Below are positions 25,570 to 38,232 of a stretch of DNA of 64,000 bases, one piece after another. The DNA is from Tubulanus polymorphus (lineage: Eukaryota > Animalia > Nemertea). The position numbers were made by a program, and so were the translations under genes. The notes below the pieces were generated by a model, which saw nothing but the letters and a program-made list of their open reading frames with translations, had not been told where the DNA came from and made no database searches. The number at the start of each line of letters is the position of its first letter. Positions within the stretch are counted from its first letter, which is position 1. The stretch is from the NCBI RefSeq assembly GCF_964204645.1, contig NC_134025.1, forward strand, positions 19,753,101 to 19,817,100. Direction: 5' to 3'.

Positions 25570-27559
25570 TGTGATGCCCGGGTGGATGCAGGCGGATATA
25601 AGGAGGACAGATTCCTGATACTTACAATGAATAGCCATGACAATACAAAAAGCAACTTTATTATATGCGGATGTAATAATTACACAATACTTTGTTTGAT
25701 GCAGCTGTGACAAATACCACATTATCCCCTCTTAATTTTACATGCATAGTTTCCAAAAACAGGCATCCAAACATAACATCACTTAAACATACAAGTATTC
25801 TAGACAACCTCGCTTTCAATTAACCGGTCAGGTTTCTTAACAGTCCTGCTAGAACGTCGCCTCAAATCCTCACCGAATCTCCATCTTTCTTTAACATAGG
25901 CACTATCGGACAGGCCCATTCACTGGTTTCGATTGGAGTTAGGATTCTGTCTCTAACTTCACGGTCGAGTTGATTCTCAATTTTCTCCATCATATATGGC
26001 ACCGAACGAGCTTTGATAAATATTGGTGTGGCATTCGGATCCACTTTCAAATTTATCTTAGCCTTGTTGAAAGTTCCAAGTTCCTCTTTGAAAACCTGGT
26101 CGTACTTTTTCAACATTTCTTCTACGGAAGTACAATGCGGAGTCACGAAGTTAACCTCCGCTCGGTCGTCTTCGATCTGAATGTCCAGCGCACGTAGCCA
26201 TGGACGCCCTAATAATGTTGGGCCGTCTCTCGAGACAATCCAAAAGCCAACGGTTTAACTCTTCCGCGATACTGAACTTCCACTTCGACGTATCCCACAA
26301 CATCAATGATGTCGTTCGTATAGGACCGCAAGTCTAACTCTGACTTTTTAATAACTTTTTACCTCGCTCCACAATGAATCAAATGTCTTTTGACACATTA
26401 TAAAACGATTAGCCCCAGTATGGAGCTCCATCTCTACCGAACGATTATTTATAACTAGCGGGATCACTATCGGAGGATCGTGAACATCGGAAATCGCTGT
26501 GATGCGCCCCATTAATTCATATTCGTTCTCGAGGGCTGAAGATTCTACCCGGTATGCTTGCCCTTGTCTCTCAGACTGGCGATTTCTACGCTGGTTTTCA
26601 CGACCTTTATTGCTGTTTTAAGCATTACAAGCCTTCTCAATATGACCAATCTTCTGGCAGAAATTACATTTGACATCTTTGAAACGACACACATGAGCCT
26701 TATGAGGCCCTAAACAACGATAACACTGAATTCGACCTGCTGATTCTTTAGGAAGCTGATTCTGACTATGAGGCTTAATTTGCGGTTTCGGGTCCTTCGG
26801 TTTAACATGGCTTGGTCTAGCGTTCGAAACCCGATTGACTACAGGGTTTGACCTAGATATCTCTTTCATGTACTCCTCTGCAGTTTTTAAGGACCTAGCT
26901 ATCTCCACTGCTTAAGCGAATGTAAGCGCATCTGATTCCGACAACAGGCGATGCTGAATGCGTTCGTCATTCACCCCGATAACAAAACGATCGCGTAACA
27001 TCATCGGCAGTTCAGGCCCATATTTGCATTTGTCAGCCAGCCCTTTCAAGTCTGCTACAAATTGCGAAACAGTGCCGCATTTCTCCCTGACTAGCGAGTT
27101 AAATTTAAACCTGGCCAGGATAGCACTTATTTGCGGCTTTTTATGGTCTTTCACCAATTTTACTAGATCTGCATAGGTCTTATCACTGGGTTTGGATGGT
27201 GCAATTAAGCTACTGATGAGTGAATATGTCGCCGATCCACAAACAGTGAGCAGAACGGCTCGCTTCAGGTCCTCCTCTTCCAAGGCATTGGCTACAAAAT
27301 ACTGTTTTAGCCGGTCAGTGAAATTCTCCCAGTCATCCGACTCAACATATTCGGAACATAAACCAATTAGACTCATCTTTAAAACGTTTTCCTCGTCGCC
27401 AAGTGTGATGTCCAGGTGGATGCAGGCGGATTTAAGGAGGACAGATTCCTGATACTAACAATGAACAGCCATGACAATACAAAAAGCAACTTTATTATAT
27501 GCGGATGTAATAATTACACAATACTTTGTTTGATGCAACTGTAACAAATATGATATGCA
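25570..27559 (-). mobile_element. Internally deleted Gypsy LTR retrotransposon with both LTRs
   Basis: LTRs 25570-25721 and 27404-27559, PBS TGGCGACGAGG, PPT AAGAGGGGATAA, TSD CCTTG. Contains gag (26618-27376, two CCHC), protease and an RT start joined to the integrase tail. Confidence 0.92.
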
Positions 27560-29940
27560 CCTTGATATGCTGATTAGCCATGTTCTCAAACTGGAAATTC
27601 AATTCAATTTACTTTATTGAACAAATAATCCAATTTAATTCTGTTTTATTGAGCAAATTTTGGAAATTCAATTCAATTCCATTCCGCATTAAAATCAATA
27701 GGACCAAGGAAAAAGATTGATCTGAGGTATTTGTTCTTGTCTGTGCTACTTACCAGTACATGATTGCACGGTGTAAATTATTGGTATCCCCGGACTCTGA
27801 GCTGGGAGTATATGTGCCATGTATGAATGGCCTTGAAACTCACCATAATGATTGACCATGTCATAAGATACGAATTTGCTTGGCCATGTTTGACCTCCTG
27901 TAAAACATTGAAATACAATATTGATTCATGATTCTTGTTAGGACAGATAGGCTGAACATTTATCTTTCATTTACCTAGGGTAGGCTAGGAACCATCAGTA
28001 ACCCTAATCCACAAGTACAATATACCGATACACAAACATTTCCGAGAATGAAGATCACTTACTCGGCATTACCCTATATGTGTCAACGAATTTAAGTTTT
28101 CCCTTTCACCCAAGTAAACTTAATTTTGACCAAACAACGTTTGATGCAACAGATTTCAACATCTTTCGAATCTTTGGTGACAGGTTTTGTCCACCTTGGA
28201 CATTCAGCCATCTGCACTGTAAAGGCTAATACAAAAGGAGTTATACAAGCATATTAAAATTTTGTGTACTCGTCCATTTATATTGTACATATTGTATGGA
28301 ACTTCAACTTGCTAATTCTTTTTGTTTAGCTGGTTGAGTGATTCCTCGAAAGTTAGAAAATCTCTGAACACAGCTCAAGGCTAAATGCATCGGGTTCCCT
28401 GTCACCAGCTGCCGTAATAAACTTATCATCGCTCCCTGATTTTCTATACACATAATATGATATAATATACAATATTATACAGATCTATCTATTATATAGA
28501 TTTTCTAAATACAGATACTTGATATATAACTTTAGCCAGATGTCTACATATAATGTCTGTATAATTATTTCATTGAATGGGAGAATGAATTACAACTACA
28601 TTAATAGTAACTAGAGAACTAGAAAAAAATCTGAAATAAGAACATTAAGTTTCTCTTCATGTGCTGCATATAATTCTCAAAACTAAATGTGCTAAACCTA
28701 TGAACATGACCAATTCTTTTAACATCTGTGCGTGTATGAGTGAGTGTACATTATAGACAAGGATTTCTGCACCTTACAAATTTCTTGCTTGCTTCAGAAA
28801 ATAAGAAATAAAAAACGAAAGTTCATTTGCATCATCAAGATGCAGCTGACATTGTACTGGTGAAGTTATGATACAAATAGCTGTACTTAGACACAAGAAA
28901 TGTTGAAGTAAGTAATCTCGGAGAACTCCTTTCAAAACAAGTATATCGCTGTATAATAAGAACTGATGTTATTCAGTCACCTTCCAATATTTCAAATGAA
29001 GCAGACTTCGGGGTTTACGCTGAAAGATATATGTCGGAAATGCAAGACGCAAGTCAACAAGACGATCTATTGTGTGATTATTATTTGCTGATATTCTAAC
29101 TTTTCGGTTTCCTTGTATCCCTGATAAGAGAGGACATTTCATTACAGCGAGACAGACCTAATGCATGAAGTCTATCGAAAATATTCCAATCATGTCAACA
29201 ATAAGGTCACTAATTTGGGTGTCATAATGGTGATGATGTTCCTGTTTCTTCTGAAAAGAGTTATCTGTTCGGAGAACAGGATACAGGTTTTTCAGTTTCA
29301 GGGAAGGTGATTTTCCCATGCCATTCCCCCCTTTGCTCACATTTGTCACAGCCATGGTAACTGATTTTATAGGTTCTTCACAAACAATGCAAATTAACAT
29401 AAAAGTTTTTTCCATGAAATATAACTCCATTGTTCAGAATTTGTCCAATTTCTGTAATGGTCTTCAAAAAATCAAAATTTGATGGTTTTGATGAGCCACA
29501 AGTTAGTGCAATTGGAAAAAACAACGTTGCGCTTAAAATTCAAGATAGTACAAAGTACTGGCCATAATGACAACTAAGAGCTTTTAAAAAATGGCAGGTC
29601 GTTATTGTTCAAGGCTAAATCAATGTGATCAAGTGATTCCAATACTGTCACAGGGAGTCGTTCAAGTGCTTTGAAAAGCTGTTTCACAAATCCTAAATAA
29701 TAATAATTCATGTTTGAAATCCTAACTACTAAGTCACTACGCAGTGTTTCTAGAAGTGTCTGTGCTTTTCTTTCTTCGGTAAGTTCGATGATTTGTAACA
29801 ATTGTCGTCTTGGAGTATTCTAATGGTAATATAAGAGGTAATCGCTGCTGTTGTAGGGGACGTTCCGAGTCTTGAACCGGGACAAAAGATAACACACGAC
29901 TCACCAGGAAAAAGGATTCTTTTCAAGAGGACGATAGGTA

Positions 29941-31674
29941 GGTAAGCGATTTTTTCTACCGGCCACAGATAGGTTTCGCTCTGCGCATGTTCTGAATATA
30001 CCGGAAGTAAACAAACCGTGACGTACGCGGAAGTAAAGTTCAGCACATGTAAGTCGCAATTGAAATTAATTCTTTTCTCTCTTTCTTCTATATGAAATAC
30101 GTGTGCCACAAATGATGTTTTTTCATGTCAAATGTATTTTGGACAAAAAGGAAGATCCAATACTCAGAACAGTAGTTGCCAAATCTGGTAGTCATCTCTT
30201 GACCGATGAGGGATTGCGGTCATTGAAATTAAATTCCTAAACATGGCCCTAGCCCTTGAAGCTGAAAAAAGTATGTATGACTGTACGGTTATTGATTCTT
30301 ATATAATAACCCCGATTGTCGCAGGAAACAAATCACGATACAAATATAATCTATTCAAGAAAGTATGTAGTACTTTGATAACTTTTCTCGTTTTTCATTT
30401 ACTCTTGAGACTCCTCATATAATCTATTTGATTACTAGATAAATTTTGAATACAAATATATGATCATTGGCGGCTACAACAAGGATAGTAATCATTGGGT
30501 TCTGGTTGTAAGTAGAATTATAATTATTTGATAATTTCGGTATTTATTTGTCAAATATTAAGTATTAAGAAATAATGCATTTTTTTATTCATATTAGATG
30601 ATCAAGCCCAAAAGCTATGAAATCGTCTACCTTGATCCGTTTGGAGCATCTGATTTTAAAAAAGCTCAAGCACTGAAGAATATTAAGTAAGAAATCATTA
30701 TGAAAACTGCGTTATTCTCTATCGATGTCAATGTATTATGTATAATTTCCAAACTATTTCTCATCTCAATGTAAGGTCTTACTTGACTTACTGAGCCACA
30801 GCCCTTGGTAGACATGACATTGATGATATTGAATGGTCCATAATTGAACCGCCTCACCAGAAACAACTTGATGGGCATAGTTGTGGCGTGCTGACTATTT
30901 TGGTAGGATTGATTTGTTTAATTTCAATATTATTGATTATTGTTTAACAAATCTCATTCAATTACATATGTGTATTCAACAGTATGCTGGCAGTGTTCTT
31001 CAAGGTACTGACACGACCCATATTTCAACAGTAAATGCAAATTCACATCGTTGGACATCAGCCGCTGCACTAGTTAATGAATCAGGTAGGCCCTCGACCT
31101 TATAGTTATTAAATTCAAAGTTCATTATATTGCAATCCTTTTTAATTTTAGTGCCAGTATAAATGAACATTAATCAATATCAATATACAGTTCTGTTATT
31201 TCTTTTCTAGGAGGAATGCAACTATTGCTATCGATGGTACCATGTGGTGTGTCTACCTCATACTTTAAACCGAAAGATAATTCTAATTATATTCTAATTA
31301 TAATTGGAATTCTAATTATAATTGGAAATGTATTTTCTGCAAGCAATACTGTACTAAGTAAAGAAATAAACACTTAAATTCATGATAAGAAATAAACACA
31401 GTAAATTCATTCTATATGCTGGATTCCATTTCATTTTTTGTCTCAATATTTACAACCTGTCATAGAAGGAAACGGATCGGAAATCTTTTCAGATTTTAAC
31501 CTTAAAATTTCGATTTTAGCATCGCAGAATAACGTATACCTATTGACACTGTAATTGACTTTTGACTAGCCATGTGCTTTACTTCCGCGTACGTCACGGT
31601 TTGTTTACTTCCGGTATATTCAGAACATGCGCAGTGCGAAACCTAACTGTGGCCGGTAGAAAAAATCGCTTACC
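29941..31674 (+). mobile_element. Non-autonomous Mutator/MULE-like element carrying a Ulp1 protease-PHD gene
   Basis: ~105-bp TIRs starting GGTAAGCGATTTTTTCTACCGGCC; exact 9-bp TSD CGATAGGTA (29932-29940, 31675-31683). Confidence 0.92.
30135..31361 (+). pseudogene. Spliced Ulp1/SENP (C48) protease + PHD finger gene inside MULE
   Basis: Phase-compatible GT-AG exons: 30439-30507 (NHWVLV), 30598-30686 (YLDPFG), 30776-30902 (HQKQLDGHSCGV, one TGA), 30983-31085. At 31211-31361: CNYCYRWYHVVC...WKCIFC. Confidence 0.85.
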
Positions 31675-32273
31675 CGATAGGTAAGCCACCTATCGTTAAC
31701 ATTTATTAATACCAATACAAATACACTATATTACAATACAATTACAGGCGGGAGTTACACCGTTACACCACTCCCCCCTAACAATGAGTACTGAACTACG
31801 GTTCAGTACCAAAATTAACTATCACGACGCAATAACAGTCCAATACTGGTATGCCGAGTTCCCATCGCAAAACGATGACGATCGATATAACACCCATGGT
31901 TCGCATGGTACACAAGAGTCAGATTATTTACATATTTACATTTCCGCTGAATCCATTCCTGAAGCACGAGGTAGACTAGGGTTCACTGCTGGGGGGGGAA
32001 ATGGCTGGCCATTTACCGGTATCTGGTGTTGGCCCCACCATCCCCATTACTACTCACGTGACGAAACTTGCGGTCTATATACACATGACGGTCTATAACC
32101 AAGTGATGGTTTATATACAACGATTCTCCGAAGTAGCGCTGAAAAAGTAAAAGGGAAGAGGCCAGCAGAAAAAGCTCTTACACACAGAACCAGGACTGAG
32201 GCAGGGATGCACGAGTCAAAAGGCCATGTTTTGTAGGGTGGGTATTGACCATAGTGAGGTACCACCTACAAAT

Positions 32274-33120
32274 TTAGGACTCTAAATGACTCTTGACGGA
32301 GGCAATAATATGGCGGGCTACTTCGTTGACTGCCTTCGGTCGATAATGGATCCCTCTGTAGTCGTGTCTGGAAGGTCCGGATGTTCCATGGTAAAGAACC
32401 CGGCCTTCTCGAAATGTACATTGATGCGGTCAATCGGGATGACCCTCTCACGCTTGCCTCTCATACACAAGGCTTTTGGGACACAACGGTGGAAAATCGG
32501 GACAAGGGGATATTTTTGCTGTATAAGGTTGGCCAGGCTATATATCTCCTTGACCGTATCACCGAATTCCCGCATGTTATTCACCCCGTGGTTAACGACA
32601 ACAGCTGAACAGCTGACGCTCATCAGTCGTATGGTCCGACTGACCTCCTTGATCCGTTCTCCTGAGTGAGCGATGACATACATGTCATCCCTGCACTGGA
32701 CTCCTTTAAACATGGAGTCGCTCAGCAGGAGAATTGGACGCCGTAGATCTCCGACTCCGAGCTGTCGATTAAGCTTCTCCAGCTTATCCATGAGAATATA
32801 CTCGTACCCCCATGCCGGGATATCAAACAGCTGAGTTCTGTCCCCAGCCGATTAAACCTCTCCATCGACATGGATGGCCGTGACCGCTTGGCTGACGCCA
32901 GGAAAGCCTTGACGCCAGCAACTACTGAACCAGCAACCATGTCACCTGGTTGGTACAGATGGCGCTCCCATGAACTTACCAAAGCACTGAAGTCCGGAGT
33001 CCATTCGGGCTCAGTCCTTTTCGTGTAGCTTTGTACATATTTTCTCACATCGTGCACAGCGGCCTTCTTCAGGTCTCGTGTTTCTTCGTTCAACGTATCC
33101 AGCTGAAGCACATCAGACAT
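32274..33120 (-). pseudogene. Gypsy ORF3, SGNH/GDSL hydrolase-like protein (two frameshifts)
   Basis: ORFs 32722..33120 and 32318..32791: ILLLSDSM, HSG, VNHGVNN and frameshifted DYRGIHY. Splice acceptor at 33129-33163. Confidence 0.7.
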
Positions 33121-33319
33121 TTTGGTAGCTGAAAACAGAAGGAAAGAGAGAAAAACATTAAGTTGGCCGGAGAGCAGAGAGTTTAACCGGTGTGGTGTTC
33201 TCTGTCTCGCAGCATTTTCGCGCTTTCTTCAGCCACAGATCCTTCTTCTCCCGGATTCTGGACCATCGCTGACAGCAGGTGGTACAGTCGCCATTAACTG
33301 CTGTACTGGTTGCCGGTAT

Positions 33320-36300
33320 GGGGCAATGACGAACAAAGTCCCTGAATCGGGCTGGCTCTTTCAATGCTCTCCTCGGGCGCAGACGACCAGATTGATCTCC
33401 GTTGTCGGCCGACGGATGCAGCTGGGCATTTTCCACTGGCTAACCCACTGGGGGATCGACTTCTGGATCAACTTCTGCCTCCGCTTCGATTGGTGTGGCG
33501 TCATTGGGTGGTACTGCCACAATCCGCTTGTTTGGGCGCCTCCAGACAATCTCCTCGTCATTGCTCCCTGAAGAGCTCAAATTTTCAATCTCAGGGGCAG
33601 GTTCAATCTCAGGGGCAGGTTGGGGTTCAACTGTCCTCTTTCTAGTTCTGGCAGGGACAGCCTTCTTGACGTTGGTATGCGGCTGGCCAAACGCTGGCTT
33701 CATATCATTGAAGTGGACAGTCTTTTGCTTTGGTGGACCCCCTCCAGTCTGACCCGATACGTCACCTCCGACAGTTTCTCAATAATAATGAAGGGGCCCT
33801 TCCACTTCTTATGGAATTTTGCCGCCTCCCCTGGCTTAATGGCATGACTGTAGAGCCATACCCGATCCCCAACGTTATACCCACCCCGCCTAGCAAATCT
33901 GTCGTAATTGACAGTCTGACGCCGCTGAGCCTTACCTCGTCTCTCCCTGACTCTTTGGTGCGCCTCCTGTAAGTTTGAGTGTACATCATGACTAAACTTA
34001 GTGATGTACACTTGCTCTTCTGGTGGTCCAACCATGATATCTAGAGGCAAGACCATCTCTGAACCGAAAGTCAGGTAGAATGGGGTTTCGCTGGTGGATT
34101 CCTGAACACTAGAACGAAATGCCATCAGGCATGTCGACACATTTCTGTAAAAACCTTGGACTCGAAGTTGGCACCCCGGTCTGAGTGAATGCTTTCTGGG
34201 CAGCCATATCTCGTGACCCATTCATCCACGACTTTCCGAGCCACAGTGGGGGCCTTCTCATTCCATACTGGCCATGCCTCAACCCACTTAGTGAAAGCGT
34301 CCTGGACAACAATAATGTAAGTGTTGCCGCGTTTAGTACGCTGTAGGGGGCCCACTATGTCAATGTGCAACCTCTGCCCTCTACAACCCACTGGTGTTGA
34401 CACCAAAGGTTCCTTCGGTTGCTTGGGCGGATTTTTGCATATTTGACATTTCTGGCACTGTTGAATATACTCATGGACAGCTCTTGTCAGAACTGAACAC
34501 CAGAATCGTTCGCGCATCTTCCGCTCTGTCTAAGTGCGCCCTAAGTGCCTGCCGGAGATACCGCCGTGAAGGTGTGACAAAACCTTAGGCAGTAACACGT
34601 AAGGCAGAACAACAGGCGATTTTCGAAAATCTGGATCCAGGGGAGGGTCTCAAAAATAAAACGTCCTTGTCAATCACTAGGCGCTCATATTCACCAAGAA
34701 ACATTCTGGTTTTGGTGCTAAATTGGCGCATCACATCAGCACTAGGTTTAATCTGTTGTCGATGGACCAAGTCCTTGACTACAGATATGTCGGCGTCCTC
34801 GTCCTCGACATTTTGGGGCGCCGGTCTGACCACAGCTAGGGCAGTCTCCATGACGCTTCAGTCATTTAGGGGTGCGGGACAGCGCGTCCGCATTTAGGTG
34901 GATATGCCCGGGCTGATGCTCGATATCAAAGTCATAGTCGGCCAATCGTTCGTTCCAGCGGGCAACTTGTCCAGACTGAATGTTTGAAGACCGGAGCCAT
35001 TTAAGTGCTGCATGGTCAGTGCGCACCAAGAATTTCAGGCCCAACAGGTAATGCCGGAAGTGTTCAATCATATCGACTAGGGCAAGCATCTCTCGCCTGG
35101 TGGCACAGTAATTCTCTTCACCACCCCGTAGTGTGCGACCAGCATATACGATCACCCGTTCGGACGAGTCTGCCTGCACCTGTGAAAGTACAGCACCAAT
35201 TGCCCAGTCACTAGCGTCACAGTCGATAATAAATTTGCATGCACCTGTCTCGAAATCAGGGAAGGCCAAAACAGGAGGGCTAGTAAGTGCCCTTTTTATG
35301 GCGTCAAATGCTCTCTGTTGCTCTATCCCCCATACAAAGACATGGCCCTTTTGAGTAAGTTGGTGTAGGGGACGACACATTTGGGAATACCCCTCAATAA
35401 ACTTTGAATAATAGGTCACTAACCCTGTGAAACTGCGGACCTCTGAAACTGGTTGGAACAGGCCAGTTCATAATTTTCTCAACTTTGGACGGGTCAGCCT
35501 CCATACCATTCCCACTACTAATATGGCCCAAAAACTTCAACCGTCTCCACAGTAGGTGACATTTTCTGGGTTTCAGTTTAAGGTTTGCAGACCGGAAACA
35601 TGAGAACACCTCAGCGAGTTTACCAATGTGTGACCCAACGTCAGCTGAGTGAACAATGACATCATCGAGATATATTAATGCCGTTTTCCATGAGACCAGA
35701 TCCAGGGCCATAGTCATAAGCCGTGGAAAACAGGCAGGGGCGTTAGTCAGGCCAAACGCCATGACGTTCCACTCCCACAATCGATTCTCCGTGCAGAACG
35801 CTGTCTTTGTTTTATCTCCCTCCCGTATGGGCACCTGATTGTACCCACTTGTGAGGTCAAGAGAGGAGAACCATGATGACCCAGACAGAGCTTCAAGTGA
35901 GGAATCAGTTCGCCCAAGCAGATGGCTATCCTTTACCGTAGCGTCATTTAACTTCCGATAATCACAACACAGCCTAAGGCTACCATCGGACTTCTTGGTC
36001 ATGGGGCTGGCCCAGGGAGATTGTGATAGTCGGATGAGGCCGTGACTGTGTAATTCGGCAGTATGACCCTCCACAAACTGTCTATGACCCGGTGGTAAAC
36101 GCCGAGGTTGTTGTTTGATGGGGCGATGGTCAGTCGTATCTATTTTAAATTCAACTCACGCGGTCCTCCCTATGTCAAAGTCGTCGCGGGAAAACACATC
36201 CTGGTAATCAGCAACAACCTTCTTTAAGGCCTCGCGATCACTATCCGGAATGTCAATGGCATCTAGCTGCAGCTCCTTAAACAACAGATTTAGATCCTCA

Positions 36301-37292
36301 CTATTGGTAGGGATTTCAGAGACATCTGGTCTCTTATCCTGAGTAGTGAGGATTTCGATACTGTTTAAGGGAGAGAAAATCCCTACAAATTCACTGCAGT
36401 TGACACGGCACGTCACCTTCGAAAAGTTTGCCAAACGGACAGTCACCTTGTTATCGTTCGGGCTAACTAGGGTTCTACCAATACCGAATGGACCCGGGGC
36501 TCTACCACAAACCATCCCGACGGAATTGTTGTTGTGGGTGTATCTCTGCCTAAAATAAGCAGTAGCTATAATTTCATGTCCGGCTGGGATCATGCGAGTC
36601 TCGGTTAGGAATAGGCGGCACGCAGTTGGTCGGCAATCCCTGTGTTCCAATGGTATATCAGACAGGCCACAGCTCATGACTCTATTTGGGTAATCAATCA
36701 CGCAGTTGTTGTCGCGGAAGAAATCACCACCAACGAGACAATCCTGTGACAAATCATCTGCAATCACCATTGGAACCATAAAACTACAATCCCCCAAACT
36801 AAGGCGAACATCGACCGAACCCCTAACCTCAATGTCCTGACCGGTAGCCGTAACCAACTCACAATCAATTGGTTTCAGGCACCCCATTTCACCCCCATTA
36901 CTCGCCACCCAGACAGAAGTCTTGAGCATAGTCACACCAGCACCGGTGTCGAGAAGCGCAGAGATTCTTCCTACACTATTGACTATAGCAGAACAATAGA
37001 GGCCAGTGTCACGGATAGCTACATTCTGCACACTTCGAACTAACGGGGTGGGCTCTCGGTCACTGTCTGTTGGTAGGTCTGCTTCGGAGTTCGGGGTGTA
37101 CTCTGAAGAGGAGCTTTGACCGTTAGGAGGTGTGCTCTTCCCGAGTTGTAAACCACTTGAGTCCAGGCAGCTACCCTGTGGGTTTTCGTATTCATAATCA
37201 TTTTCATTCGTACTATATACAGGGGTATTTACAACATTTATACAGGTATCTAATCTGCCCGTTTCCCTGACTATTAGGACAGTTCCTAGCAT
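33320..37292 (-). pseudogene. Gypsy pol (protease, RT, RNase H, integrase), frameshifted
   Basis: LLDTGA; LRLCCDYRKLN, LDLTSGYNQ, FGLTNAP, YLDD; CDASD, TDHAAL; HIDIVGP, DAFTKW, SDRGANF, KWKGPF. Confidence 0.93.
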
Positions 37293-38232
37293 AATGTCCA
37301 GGCTCAGTGCACGAGTGGCATATCACTGTAGGACATGCACAAGCTGGGTGGTCTGGCGCCCGACAACTCCATCAGATGTCAGCAACTGGATTTCTGGGAG
37401 GTTCCGGATTCCTGGAAGGCCTTGTCTGACCTCGACGCTCGAGATTTTCGATGCGGAGATTTAAACTCTGGACCTGTTTAACCAGTTCCGAAAGCAGCTC
37501 GGTCTAGATGGGCTTCGGCTGGGCTTCATTTACCATCGCACGTTCCCCCTCGACTCCTGCTTTTCGGCTATACGCCTAGCCGATTCAAAACCTCTAGCCA
37601 GGGACACAGTCTCTGACAAGGTTTTCGGCTGAGAAACGTACAACTGTTCCCTAGCTGTTAATGGAAAATTAACTCCAGTCAAAAACTGATCACGAGCCAG
37701 CTCGTCTTGTAGGGTATGTCCAGCATCTGGATAGGCGTTTTGGGCTAGCTCCATAAGTGCGTCGGTGAAACGTCCGAGGTTTTCGGGCTGTTTTTGCTCG
37801 CGTGCCTTTAGCATGAGTTTGTAATCGCCGGGTGATTTAGTTAGGGACATACGGTCTTTAATGGATGTCGAGAACTCATCATAGGTCAGTTTGTCCGACA
37901 AGTGAAGATTTTTGATGGCCAGATATGACTCGTGGTCCATATACATTAGGAGATGATCCTTCTGTACTCTGTACTGAAGGATCAGTTATCCCCATGAGGT
38001 CACAGTAACTATCAAATCTCTTGAGCCATACTTTAAAATGGTGACCAGCGCTGTAGATTTTAGGTGCAGGTACCTTGACCTTAGTGTGGTCCCTGGGTTT
38101 GGCTGGCTCAGAGCGTGATTCTGACTTTGTGTTTTTAATTTTATGTTCCACAAACTGTGTCACAGACATGAGGAAGTGGTTAACATCGAGATGACTAGCA
38201 TCTTGTTCGGAATGTTCCCCAGGAATCGACAT
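37270..38232 (-). pseudogene. Gypsy gag (frameshifted) with CCHC knuckle
   Basis: ORFs 37879..38232 and 37530..37946 (REQKQPE, RDQFLTG); CHSCTEPGHYARNC at ~37278-37320. Confidence 0.85.
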
